Below, piece after piece: positions 12,010-25,289 of a stretch of 64,000 nt of DNA. The position numbers and the translations under genes are program-made. The stretch's first letter is position 1, and every line of letters begins with the position of its first letter. The notes below the pieces were generated by a model. It was not told the DNA's origin, ran no database searches, and was given only the letters and a program-made list of their open reading frames with translations. The DNA is taken from positions 2,108,001-2,172,000 of the forward strand of contig NC_043010.1 of NCBI RefSeq assembly GCF_006345805.1. Reading direction: 5' to 3'. This stretch comes from Octopus sinensis (taxonomy: Eukaryota).

Positions 12010-13865
12010 ACCTTAGATGCCAAGAACCCTCCTAAGTATCTTAGCTGTTCCTGGCCTATTTCCTCTATCCATCTGTTCAGATCTTTAGGGATAGTTCCCT
12101 ATGCACCCACAACTATTGGGATATATTTTACCCACACTTTCCATAGTCTCTGTAATTCAGGTCCTGGTACTTTGCTATTTTTCTATACGTCTCTTATTAA
12201 TGTTTTCATCATTTAGGACTGTAAAGTCAAATATCTGGCACTTTCTATTCTCTTTATCTACTACTACCAAACCAGGCCTTCTAGTTTCTATTACTCTGTC
12301 AGTCTGAATGTTAAAGTCCCATAACATCTTATATTTCTTACTTTCTAGTACTTTACTAGGTCCCTGTTCATACCATTTATCAGTATGTTCAAATCCTAGC
12401 TTTCTACATAGCGCCCAGCAGTTTGCTCTCCCTAGATTGTCATGTCTTTTCATGTATTCTTTCTGTGTCAGAATGCTACATTCACTTACTATATGAGTAA
12501 CACTTTCCTGTTTTGATTTGCATAATCTACACTGGGAATCTACTTGGTTTTTGTCTATCTTGGCTTTTATCCAATTAGTCCTTAATGCTTGATCTTATGC
12601 AGCTATTAACAAGCTTTCTGTCTCCCTCTTCAGCTTCCTTTCTGCAACCATAACCATATCTCACTAATACTATATGCTGCAACTATCTTTGGGAATCTAC
12701 CATGCAACACCTTCTCTTGCCAGTCCGATAATTTCTGTTCTTTCTTCTGGTTTTTAAGTTTGTTGGGGTTTTTGGTCTCCCTATATCTTTATTTTAATAA
12801 ACTTTCTTCACTATTACCTACATAGGTGTTTATATCTACTCTAGTTAACTCCATACAGTCTTCTACTGATATTAACCCCCCCCTCTTCCTCCTTCCTTCT
12901 AGGTAGGTATAATCTTGCTATTCCTTACATTTGTATTGAATTCTTTCCTAGTTCTTCTGTCTAGCTTTGCTAATTCAGTTTTTGTCCAATCTACAAAAGT
13001 TGGTGAGTATCCAAGTTTTTACAGCATTCACCAGATTCGGATCCTTTAGCTTTGACTTCAATAGCTTCCCCACCCTTCTGATAGTACTCCTCAATTTTCT
13101 CAATTTGTGTTTTCATTTCTGTAGTTAGTACCTTGTCAGATTCTAATACTCCTAAATATTTATAGCTCTCTCCTCCTTTCAATGATTTTAATGTCTGGTC
13201 ACCTATTAATTGGATGAATTCGCTGTTGACTACCTGTTCTCTTCTCATGACTAATTTTGCACACTTATCAATGCCAAACTCCATGCCTATATCTTTGTTG
13301 AAGAGTCTTACAGTCTGTATTAAGGAATCTATCACTTTTTCATTATTACTAAAAAGCTTCAGATCAAATGGTTATTTTTCCCTTGCTATTTCTGAACTGA
13401 TACCTTGCTTTGCCTTCCCTAATACTAAACTGAGGGGGGTCAAAAGGAAGACAAATATTAAAGGGGACAACAAGTCCCCTTAGAAAGTTCCTCTTTTGAT
13501 ATTAACTTTCCCTAACAGTATGTCACCTGAGTATAGATCTTCTTTCCGTTTCTTCATGCTAAAGCTAATTAATTCTCTTATGTTGTCTGCTATACTGAAT
13601 ATATTCAAACATTCACTTATCCATGAGTATGGGATCAGGTCTTAGGCTTTCCTATAATCTATCCATGCCATTGTTAGATTTTTCTTTCTAGTTTTTACTT
13701 CATTTAGAACTACTTTGTCATGCATTTCTCTCAGCTCTTTGCTGCAACCTTTCTGTTCTTCTGGTAGTAAATTAGGGTTGTCAAAGGGCTTGTAAATGCT
13801 TTCTGAAAGAATTTTTGTAAACAGCTTCTACACTAATGGTAAGCAAGTGATTGCTTGTGTCTATA
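12010..13865 (-). pseudogene. R4/Dong-clade non-LTR retrotransposon remnant (RT, CCHC zinc knuckle, restriction-like endonuclease)
   Basis: Fragments in order: ITCLP, LLPEEQKGC, MAWIDYRKA*DLIPYSW, GDLLSPLIF, DIGMEFGIDKCA, YKYLG, CRLCKSKQESVTHIVSEC (CCHC), KRHDN, LWDFNIQTDRVIETRRPGLVVVDK and LRRVLGI*. Many stops and frameshifts. Confidence 0.9.
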
Positions 13866-13889
13866 GCAGAAAGAATTGTTATTATTATT

Positions 13890-14449
13890 GAGTGAAAGAG
13901 CAATGCATGTCATCAAAGTGACACTGGGGTATAAATATACAAAGTCAAATATACCCATCATGACTATTCATGTGATAAGGGCACACCAGGCACATGCATC
14001 ACAACCATATATGCAAGGCATGGTGATCTCAAATCAAGATAAACTGGACTTCACCTTGCAGGTGAGGACCAGTTAGAATTTTCTTTGGGTCAAGTAGCCC
14101 ATCCAGCTCAAAATGTCCCGGAATAAGGTTTGTTCAAGGATGATAAACGAAACACTCATGTTTCCAGAGATGAATTATTCAGGCCCCAAAGAATCCTCTC
14201 AACACATGGCTATGATGCTTCCCAACTACTTCTGCTCATGATCAGAGATGCACATATTGTCAGCCACTAAGGGACATTGTGCTCAACTGGTTAAGGTCAA
14301 GCAACTGATACAAAAATCCGTGGTATTGAGCAGAATATTTACTGTAGCCCATCTTTTATACCAAGGCAAAATATATTCATTCAGTTAAGGTCAGAACATC
14401 TCCTATCAGTTAAGATCAGAAGCCATGAGAGCCACTGCTTAGTAGCATG
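13890..14449 (-). mobile_element. Non-coding ~560-bp interspersed repeat, family D, copy 1
   Basis: Reverse complement is colinear with 42761-43316. Flanked on both sides by (ATT)n. Confidence 0.85.
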
Positions 14450-14485
<36 letters not shown>

Positions 14486-14496
14486 TTTATTTTTAA

Positions 14497-15060
14497 GGTG
14501 GCAAGTTGGTAGAACTGTTAGCACGCTGGACAAAATATCTCATGGCATTTCATCCAACATTATATTCTGAGTTCAAATTTCCACAAGGTCGATTTTGAAG
14601 TCAATAAAATAGTTAGCACTTGAGCACTGGAACATAATCAAATACCACTTGTTTCCAAACTTTTGGGCATTGAGCCCATAGTAGAAAGAATTACTTGCTT
14701 TAGTCATTAGACCGTGGCTACACTGGAGCACCACTGGAAGAATTTTTAGTTGAAGGAATTGACCCCAGTTCTTATTTTATGTTAAGCCAGGTACTTCTTA
14801 TTCTATTGGTTTCTTTTTGCTAAACCTCTAAATTACAAGCACAAACACCCACCAACGCTGGTTGTCAAACCATGGTGGAGACAAAGATACAAAGACGCAC
14901 ACACATATGTATGACAGGCTTCTTTCAGTTTTTATCCACGAAATCCACTCACAAGGCTTTGGTTGGCCCAAGGCACTTACCTGAGGTGCCACACAGTGGG
15001 ACTAAACCCAGAACCATGTGGTTGGGAAGCAAGCTTCTTTCTTACTACATAGCTATGCCA
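14497..15060. mobile_element. Degenerate SINE B (+, ~14497-14690) followed by degenerate SINE A (-, ~14700-15060)
   Basis: Family-diagnostic motifs are recognisable but diverged. Confidence 0.7.
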
Positions 15061-16139
15061 GGAGATTTTTTTTCTTCTTTTTATTGCACCTGTGTCTACT
15101 TATTTACCTTGATGTTCTGATTTCAAATTTTAAGGGATTCACTTTCATGCCAGCTTTCAGTTCAGATGACAACAACAATAAGGAGTTGCTGTTTAACCCT
15201 TGATCATTTCATACTGAGTAAACTTATGCTCAAAATGGCCTGTTCCAACCATGGCCATTCCATAAATTAAAAGAATTTTTTTTTTTGTAATCAGAAGTGT
15301 GGCTGTTTGATAAGAAATTTGCTTCCCAAGCACATGGTGATGGGTTGTCTCACAGTGTAGCACAATGGGAAAATGTCTCCTACAATAGCCACAGATGAAC
15401 CCAAAGCCTTGTGAGTGGATTAGGTAGACAGAAACTGAAAGAAGCCTGTCATGCATGTGTGTATGTGTGTGTGTGACTACAATTAATTAATTGAAACAGG
15501 TAACAGATATAAAGATAAAAATATTTAATGCTTTAGATACCAAACTGCCTGAAACCACTGGTTCTATAACACAATCTTCCTCTTTTAAACTGATTTAAAT
15601 TAAAACCTTACCTTCAAAATTGAACGTTAATTTATATTCCAAACTCCCAGCCAGATAATGACAAAGTTATTTTACTAAATTCTTCATTATTTTCAACCCC
15701 AGTACTTTAAGAAAGTGTATTTTAAGAAAAATACGGTAACAGAAGGTGAAGCCTACATTCTCCAAAATCTCCTGTTTCTTAAAATACAATACAATTTGAG
15801 AGAGATTTGATTGCTATTAGTAGAAGGTTGAACAGCGGCATACAAGCTCTGTCAGTAATAGTCACATACTAAAGTCAATTCATTTCAAATCATAACCCTG
15901 CCATTAAAATATGTGACCTTGGGCTAAAGAGAAAAAAAAAGAAAAAAAACGAACGCTGTTACCCTTACTATTGTGTAAGAATTCATTGCTTAATGTAAAG
16001 AAACCATTACTCTCAGAAGAAGAAGAAGAAAAAACAATCGTCATCGTCATCGTCATCATCAGTGTTATTTGTATTTTAGTAGTCATATTTTTATTGCATG
16101 TTTTCACTGCACAACATGCTTAGCTATGTGTGCCTTGGG

Positions 16140-16142
16140 TAT

Positions 16143-16197
<55 letters not shown>

Positions 16198-16740
16198 GTG
16201 TGTATATATATATGTGTGTATATATATATGTGTGTGTATATATATATGTGTGTATATATGTGTGTATATATGTGTGTATATATATGTATGTATATATGTA
16301 TATATATAGTATATATATATATATGTATATGTATATATATATGTATATATATATATATATGTATATGTATATATATATGTAGTATATATATATATATGTA
16401 TGTATATATATATGTATATATATATATATATGTAATGTATATATATGTAATATATATATATATGTATGTATATATTATGTATAATATATATGTATGTATA
16501 TATAATGTATATATATATGTATATATATATATATGTATATATATATATGTATATATATATATGTATATATATATATGTATATATATAATATGTATATATA
16601 TATGTATATATATATATATTATATATATATGTATGTATATATAATGTATATATATATATATATAATGTATATATATATATATGTATATATATAGTATATA
16701 TATATATATATTATATATATGTATATGTATATATATATAG

Positions 16741-16775
<35 letters not shown>

Positions 16776-17150
16776 GTATATATATATGTATGTATATATG
16801 CGTATATATGTATGAATTATATATATATATGTATGAATGTATATATATATATGTATGAATGTATATATATGTATGTATATATATGTATGAATGTATATAT
16901 ATATATATGTATGAATGTATATATTGTATGTATATATATGTATGTATATATATGTATATATAATATATATATATATGTGTGTATGTATATATATATATGT
17001 GTGTATGTATATATATATGTGTGTGTATGTGTGTATGTATATATATATGTGTGGTATGTATGTATATTATATATATATATATATGTGCATATATATATAT
17101 ATATATATATTTATATATGTGTGTGTGTGTGTATATATATATATTTATAT

Positions 17151-17200
<50 letters not shown>

Positions 17201-17245
17201 TGTATACATAAATGTATGTATATATGTATGTATACATACATGCAC
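16140..17245. repeat. ~1.1-kb compound (TA)n/(TG)n/(TATG)n microsatellite
   Basis: Read directly; it produces the spurious Ile/Tyr/Cys ORFs. Confidence 0.97.
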
Positions 17246-18835
17246 ACTTATTTTCACTTTATTGAAAATACTCCACATACTGTGTGTGTGTTCAGTGCCT
17301 AGTAGTGCTATTTTCTGCATGCTATTTATAAAGTCTAAGTTGTGGGATTTTGTATTATTAATATTATCAACATTACTATTTTGTTGTTGTTGTTGTTATA
17401 TTCAGAATTTTATTTTGAAATTAAATAAAGATTAGAAAAAAAAAATTTGTAGAAAAGAAGGCAACCTGCTCTGTAAAAATTTCTTCATTCGAAATCTTCG
17501 ACTTGGAGAGATATTGATCCAAAGTTGAGCTGCTCCATAAGGCAAGAATCATTTATCTTCCTCACATGCACAAACTGCATGTCAGGAAAGCTGTGTCACA
17601 TTTTCAATGCCTCTTCCATAATTTTTTTTTCCTCTCAAAAGGAGCAGAGCAGTAACCTGCTAGTATGCACACACTAGCTTTCCAGATATTACATTATGTA
17701 AGTGCGTGCGTATCTAAGCATGTACATGAATGTATATTTGAATATATGAATCAGTCTATCTATCTATCTTTCTATGTATCTATCAATCTATCTATCTATA
17801 TATCTATACACACACACACATACATTTGGTTTCTATTATATATATATAAAATAGCGTTTATATGTGTGTGTAGAGAGAGAGGGGGAGAGACACAGACAGA
17901 GAGACAAAGAGAGATCTATGTATGTACACACCATAGAACTTCTGTTCAATACAGCACACTCTCCACAATATAGCTCCCTCTCTCCCCTCGACTCTTCATT
18001 TCCTCTCCTTAGTTTTACATTTCCTCTTTTCTTTTTCAAGTACAAATTCAGTCACCAACAGCGTTAATTTTACATATCTTCTAGGTCAATACGCACTGGT
18101 AATGCACTGGTGTTGGTTCAAATTTCACCTTCTCCTCATCGCAATTCACACATTCTACAAAAATACAGCCATATTCCAATGTAAGAAATTATTATATTAA
18201 TGCATATTTCTGCTACTGTTGTTATTCTCTTAGCCTCCATTTTACCTGAGTAGGTCTATGAACAAAGACATTCCATCCAGAGCCATCCTCTCCTTCTCTT
18301 GAGTATTGTGTATCTAGGAGTATATCATCCAATATGTCACCACTTTTGTCAAGAAAGTAGAGTGCAATTTGAGGGAGGATTTGCTCCTATTCTTAACAGG
18401 GTTGAGTGAACCTATACCTGTCACCTTGTGGTTTTGTTGTCGTTATAATTCTTGTTATATACAAGAGTTTATTCATCTGAATGTATTCCCATTTCATGGT
18501 CTGTTACACATTGGGCTGCCCCTGGAGGACTCCACCAGCAAATGAATTTTCTTCTATTTGAAGAGGTTGCAAGTCCCTCATTTGATCTTTTATCTTTTAC
18601 TTATCTTTGTCATTGGACTGCAGTTATACTGGGAAACTGTCTTGAAGAATTTACACAAACAAATTCACCCCAGTACTTAGTTTTCTTTAAGTCTGGCACT
18701 TTTTCTATTGGTCCGTTTTTGTCAACCCACTAAATAACAGGACATAAACACACTAACACCGGTTGTGGTTGTGGGGATCAAACACAAAGGCATACACACA
18801 CACACATATATATACAAAGGGATTCTATCAGTTTC

Positions 18836-19067
18836 TTATTCCTTTACTGCCCACAAGGGGCTACACATAGAGGGGACAAACAAGGACAGACAAATGGATT
18901 AAGTCGATTATATCGACCCAAGTGCATAACTGGTACTTATTTAATCGACTCCGAAAGGATGAAAGGCAAAGTCGACCTCGGCGGAATGTGAACTCAGAAC
19001 ATGGCGGCAGATGAAATACTGCTAAGCATTTCGCCCGGTGTGCTAACATTTCTGCCAGCTAGCCGCC
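18836..19067 (-). mobile_element. SINE family B nested between two halves of a SINE A copy (18560-18830 and 19070-19190)
   Basis: The family B reverse complement is flanked by TATCAGTTTCT-like sequence on both sides, and the SINE A body continues either side. Confidence 0.75.
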
Positions 19068-20224
19068 TTATCAGTTTCTATCAGTTTCTGCCAACCAAAT
19101 CAAAGCTATGCTTGAAACTTGCCTAAGGTGCCACACAGTGCAACTGAACCTGCAACCATGTGGCTGAGAAGCAAACCTCCTACCACAAAACCATATATAT
19201 ATATATATATATATATATATCCTTATATCTTAAATACTAAACAAAAAGTCCTATTGTTGTTATTGCTTTCTACTGCATTACTTGGGTTTTGGCAGCCTCT
19301 TGACCCAGCATAAATTTCTATTGCTATTTATAATTTGGACCGACAGACAAATGATGTATTAGAACTGCTGTAGTCTCTTGAACTAAATATAGTAAATATT
19401 TCCAGTACACCAATGGTGGAATAAAAAAATATAACAGGCATGATTTGAACTTGGTCACACAACAGCAAAATAGATTACTGCTCAGCGCATTACCATTTGT
19501 GCCACCTTTACAGACCTAATAATAATATCACAATGAAGTGAATTAAGATAATAGCAACAATAATAGTTTCAGATTCTGGCCCAAGTTCAATAATTTTAAG
19601 GAGTGGAGTCAGTTGCATGATTCTGTATTTTGCATGTTTTTGAATTAAGTAAGGACTGGAGTTAGACAAAGTTTCATATTATATATTCAAGAGGATTAAT
19701 AAAGTTCATTGATTAGTTATCATTAGTTGTATTCATGCAACATCTTGCTGGAAGCAAATTAATTCTATAAGTGTTTCTCCAGTGCAACATAACGAGTGAA
19801 CTTGCCTATATATATATATTGTAATGTAAGAATTGTAAAGCATATACAAAAATATATTTTACATAGTACATGCATAATCTGTTACAGACCTCTCAATATG
19901 TTGGACAGGGTGGTTAGATGTACTCTTTATATAAAAAAGCTGGCAGTTAACCAAGTTTTGCCTTTGGTTGTTCATGACAACCGTAAACGATTGGGGGTGA
20001 AATTCAGAATAGACGACCAGCTTTTGATATAAAAATACATCTATAGCTTTATAGATATAGAGAGACAGATAGAGATGCAGTTCAAGTATCTTTCATTCCT
20101 GCATCTCTAGAGTACAGTGCTTTTGAGAAAGTAACATTGAAACCCAAAGTTATCTTGAAAACTATAAGAGCTGCATGTGGCTCATGCACCACAGTTTGGC
20201 CACTGCTAGTTTATACATTGATAG

Positions 20225-20940
20225 AGATGGTCATGGTGGGAACAATGGTTGTGATAGCTGTGGTTGTTCGGATGACGGTTGAGGCTGTTAAGATGGCGGT
20301 TGTGGTAGTTGTGATGATGGTTGTGGTTGTTGTAATGATAGTTGTTGTTTTGACAATGGTTGTTATGGCGACGGTTGTTTTGATGAGGGCTACAGTTGTT
20401 ACCATGATGGTGGTTGTTATGTTAATGGTATGATGACAGTTATTGGCTGTTGTGTTGTTTGTAGTTGTGACTGTCACAACTATTACTACAGTACTTTTAT
20501 GACCATCATTGTTGTGTGGCTATTACTGTAATAGTAACAGATGCAGTGGTGGGTGCTGCAGTGGTGGCTGCAGTGTTAGCAGTGTTGGGTTTATTATGGT
20601 TGTTGTAGAGGTGGTAACAGTCGCAGATATTTCTGTTGTGATTGTAGTAATGGTAGTGTCATTGTGGTTGTTGTTATGGAGGTAGTGGGGTTGCTATGTC
20701 TGTTGTTATGGTTACTTTTGTGGTGGTAACTGTTGTAGATGTACCTGTAGTGGTAGTACTGTTATTTCTGTTTTTACTGTGGTAGTGGATGTGATGGTGG
20801 TGGTGGTGGTGGTAGCAGTAGTAGTAGTGGTAGGTTGTTGTGGTTGTGGTAACAGTGCTGTTGTATGGTCAGTTGGTGTGGCTGTTGTTGCTGTTGTAGT
20901 GTAGGGCTAACTGTTCTAGTAGTTCTTGTTGATGGTTTGG
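20225..20940. repeat. Degenerate (GTN)n trinucleotide low-complexity tract
   Basis: GTT/GTG/GTA/GAT triplets with phase shifts. Confidence 0.8.
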
Positions 20941-21824
20941 TGGTAGTAGTGACATTGCTATGACATGTTGCCTGTTGTTGATTATGAGATCAAGATCAAT
21001 TGAGCAGAGCCATAATAGCAAGGAGCTCCACTCATGACCATCCAGCCTTTTTCCCATTATTGGGCACTACATTAGCTAACGCAGTCTTCTTTATTTAAAT
21101 TGGTAAAAAAAAATATGATTTGAGGCTGATTTGGTTGCTATTTGGCTGCTCCAGGTCAAGCAACCATCTAGGAGCTCCCTTCTTTCTGTAGCAGTAGCTG
21201 TTGTCGGTGGTGGTGGTGGTGGTGGTAGTAGTAATTATTACTGTAGTAGTTTTGTATTTGTGGGTTTCCAGCCCCTGTAAAACCAACTTAGCTCCCCAAT
21301 TTTGCTATGCAGCCTGTTATGGCCGCCATCTTCTTCAAAGCCTTTTTGCTACTGACATGGCTGCTGCTGTATATATTATGATTGCCACTACAACTACTAC
21401 TGCTTGTTGGTGCAGGCATGGCTGAATAGTTAAGACACTCACTTCACAATTACAAGATTACCAGTTCAATCCCACAGCACAGCATTTTGGGAAAAGCATG
21501 TTTTATGCCGTTTATTATATTATATTATATTATATTATAAGTATATAACATTGGGTTGATCCAAGATTTGGTGGCTGGATGAAATTTTGGGTAGATGGAA
21601 ATTGCATGGAAGCCTGTTTGGGTAGATTATACATGTAATTTAAAGGTTCAGTTTTGTCGCAAATTGCGTCATGCTGAATCCTACCTGCAAATTACATTAA
21701 CGAGATATGTGTCTTTGAAATACTCAGCCACTTACACACTTATTTAATGAGCTGGTAGTTCAGACAATTAATTAAAACTACTTGAATACTCAATGTCAAA
21801 ATGAAGAAAAATCCATTTACCTAG

Positions 21825-22465
21825 GACTACTACTACCACCACCACCACCACCACTACAGCTACTACCATCACCACCACCATCACTACTACTGCTGCTGCT
21901 GCTGCTGCAACTACAGCAACCCCTTCCACACTCCCACAGTCACCCTTGCCACTAGAATCCTATTGCTTCCACATTCACTTTCTGTCACAGATCCCTTATT
22001 ATTGATGCTGCTGCTGCTGCAAACTACTGCTGCTATCATCATGGTTACCTCCCTTTTTCATCCCCACTCCCCCCCCACCACAACCACTTTCTTTTCCTCC
22101 CCCTCCTGCTCTCAAAACTACTGTTACTACTTCTGCTACTAAATCAACAACTACTACTACTACCACCACCACCACCACCACCACCACCACCACTACTACT
22201 ACTACTACCACCACCACCACCACTACAACTACTACTACTACCACAACCACCACCACCACCACTACTACTACTACTACTACTGCTACCACTACTACTACCA
22301 TCACCACCACCATCATCAACATCACCACTACTACTATTTTTTAGCATTCCTGCTACTACTACTACTGCAATGTAGTTAGCAGTTCTCCTTAAAAATTATC
22401 TCTATTAAAGATGATAGTGGTGGGAGCGATGGTGGTGGTGGTGGTGGTGGTGGCAGATAGCCATA
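21825..22465. repeat. (ACT/ACC)n and (GGT)n trinucleotide repeats
   Basis: Read directly; source of the poly-Val ORF at 21999-22328. Confidence 0.9.
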
Positions 22466-22769
22466 ACTGCACCTGGAATAATTATCATCAATACCACCAG
22501 CCTAATTAGCTTCTAAGCAATCATTTCCAAATTGTTTATCCTTGATCTGACAACAATGACAATTATGATGATGATGGTGGTGGTGGTGGTGGTTTGGGTG
22601 GTGGTGGAGGTGGTGGAGGTTGTTGTTTATTTTGCTGAGGAGGAAAATCTCCCTCATTCTGCCTCTCCATACTTACTACAGTTGTAGTAGTTTCCAGTGT
22701 GTCCCAACAATTGTAGTAATCCTTTAACTGGGAGCCCATCCCACCACAAATCCAATCATCTATCTATCT

Positions 22770-22773
22770 CTCC

Positions 22774-22804
<31 letters not shown>

Positions 22805-23353
22805 CAGAGAGAGAGAGAGAGAGAGACATGAATAGATATATTGATATAGATAGATAGATATCATTACCATCATTACAATATATATATTGTATAATATATA
22901 CAATATATATATATATATACATGCATATATATATATATATTATATATATATATATATTATACGTGTATATATATATATATATACAATATATAGAATATAT
23001 ATATATATACGTGTATATATATATATATGTGTATATATATATACACATGTATATATATATACGTATATATATATTATATATATATGTGTGTATATATATA
23101 TACACACATGTATATATAATATATATATATACGTGTATATATATATATATATACAATATATAGAATATATATATATATACGTGTATATATATATATGTGT
23201 ATATATATATACACATGTATATATATATACGTATATATATATATATATATGTGTGTATATATATATATATACACACATGTATATATATATATATATACGT
23301 ATATATATATATATATATGTACATGTTTATATATGTATATACACGTGTATATA

Positions 23354-23398
<45 letters not shown>

Positions 23399-23750
23399 GC
23401 ATATATATATATGATATACGTATATATATGTATATATATAAACGTATATATATATGCATATATATTGTATATATATATATGTATTTATATATATATGTAT
23501 ATATATGTATATATATATGTATATATACATATATGTATATATATACATATATGTATATATATACATATATGTATATGTATATATATTTGTGTATATGTAT
23601 ATATATTTGTATATATGTATGTATATTTGTATATATGTATGTATATTTGTATATATGTACATATATATGTATATATTTGTATATATATATATATATGTAT
23701 ATATTTGTATATATATATATATATATGTATATATACACACACATCATCAT
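22770..23750. repeat. ~1-kb compound (TA)n-based microsatellite with higher-order structure
   Basis: Read directly from the sequence. Confidence 0.97.
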
Positions 23751-25289
23751 ATGTGTGTGTATTCGTTTTTATGCCAAGTTATAGAGTTTAAAATTAAACT
23801 GAAGAATTATTCAATATTTTTTGTAGAGTACACATTTATTATATTTTTACAGGAACAGAAACAGTGACTTTGAAGATTTGGCCTGCTACACACACACATA
23901 TATACATATACACATACACATATATATATACACATATATATATACACATATATATACATATATATATATATACACATCTATATACACACACATGCAAACA
24001 TATATACACACATTTAAATGCACACACATATATATTCATCTATCTCTTTCTTTTCGTTTGTCTATGTATATGATATATGGGTTCATGTGTGTGTGTGTAT
24101 CCATCAGTTTGTTCATGAGTCCAACAAGGTATTCATCAAAGCATCAGTCCTTCCAAACAGCTTATCTATTAACCCAGCCAGTCATCTCCAAAAAACCTAT
24201 CCACCTTTGCATTCAAACATCTAACAACCGTTGAAGCCACCCTTTTCATCAAACCTTCCATTTATCACCAAACTCAGTCTTTACTCAATCCGTTAATCTG
24301 TCTGACTGTCAATCTATTCTTGCACCAAACCATTCATCCAATTCTCCTTCAAACCATTTGACTATTCAACACACCCATCCGGGACTGTTTACCTGGTCAT
24401 TTGAACTCCAGGAAACAGGTGAAAAATATCTCTCAAAAACACAAAAAAACACACAGCAAAGTCTTAAGTAAGGAAACAACATATTAGATATTGTAGTTCT
24501 AAAAACAAACCTTATAAAGACAGGGTGGTCACAGTTGGAGTACCTTTGATTGATCATAGATCTATTTAGGACAGGGTTAGTGTGGGAGGGGTGAAGAACT
24601 TCTGCATCCATCTATTATATATCCATTCATCCAGTTTACATCTATCTGTCTGTCTGTTTGTCTATCTACCTACCTATCTACCTGTTTATCTATTAATTTA
24701 TTCATTCAATTATTTATTTTTCTTCATCCATCCATCCATTTCACTGTCATCCGTCCATCCAGCCAGCCAGCCAGCCAGTCTTCTATATACTTCTCTACTC
24801 ATCCATTCATCTACCTACCCACCTATCCATCACTCTATCCACCCTTCATCTATTTGTGAATGAATCCTGTTACTCAAAATCTTACAAACACAACCAGCCA
24901 GCCAGCCAGCCAGCCAACCAGCCGACTGACAGAGAAACCTTCACTGTTTATTATCTTTGAATTATGCTAATTTTATTCCACCATAATCCTTACTGTGTGC
25001 AAGTAAGCACAGTTGTTTACATTTCTCTCTGTCACATTCCTGCTGCTTCTTAAAGTGGGGGATTTCACCAATTCACTTACATGACCAGGAAACAGTGGTC
25101 ACTCAAACTGCTAGAAATAGCAAACAAATCAATCTCTTATCCAAACATCACCACTATCATAAATATGGAGGGACACCTTGTGTGATATTGTGTAATGCTA
25201 TATCTTCTGAAAAGACAGGATGGTCATGACAGGAATGTTTATGAATGAACATTGATTACTTCAATGAGAACTGACTCGGGGCTAATCAG

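Noticed and set aside
16069-17435. Long ORFs rich in Ile/Tyr/Cys/Val (also 22764-23867, 32278-32625, 40540-40971, 43899-44405, 53781-54112)
   Set aside because: These are translations of (TA)n/(TG)n/(CA)n microsatellites, which lack stop codons.
21999-22347. Poly-Val and poly-Ser/Gly ORFs
   Set aside because: They derive from (ACT/ACC)n trinucleotide repeats with no non-repetitive coding context.
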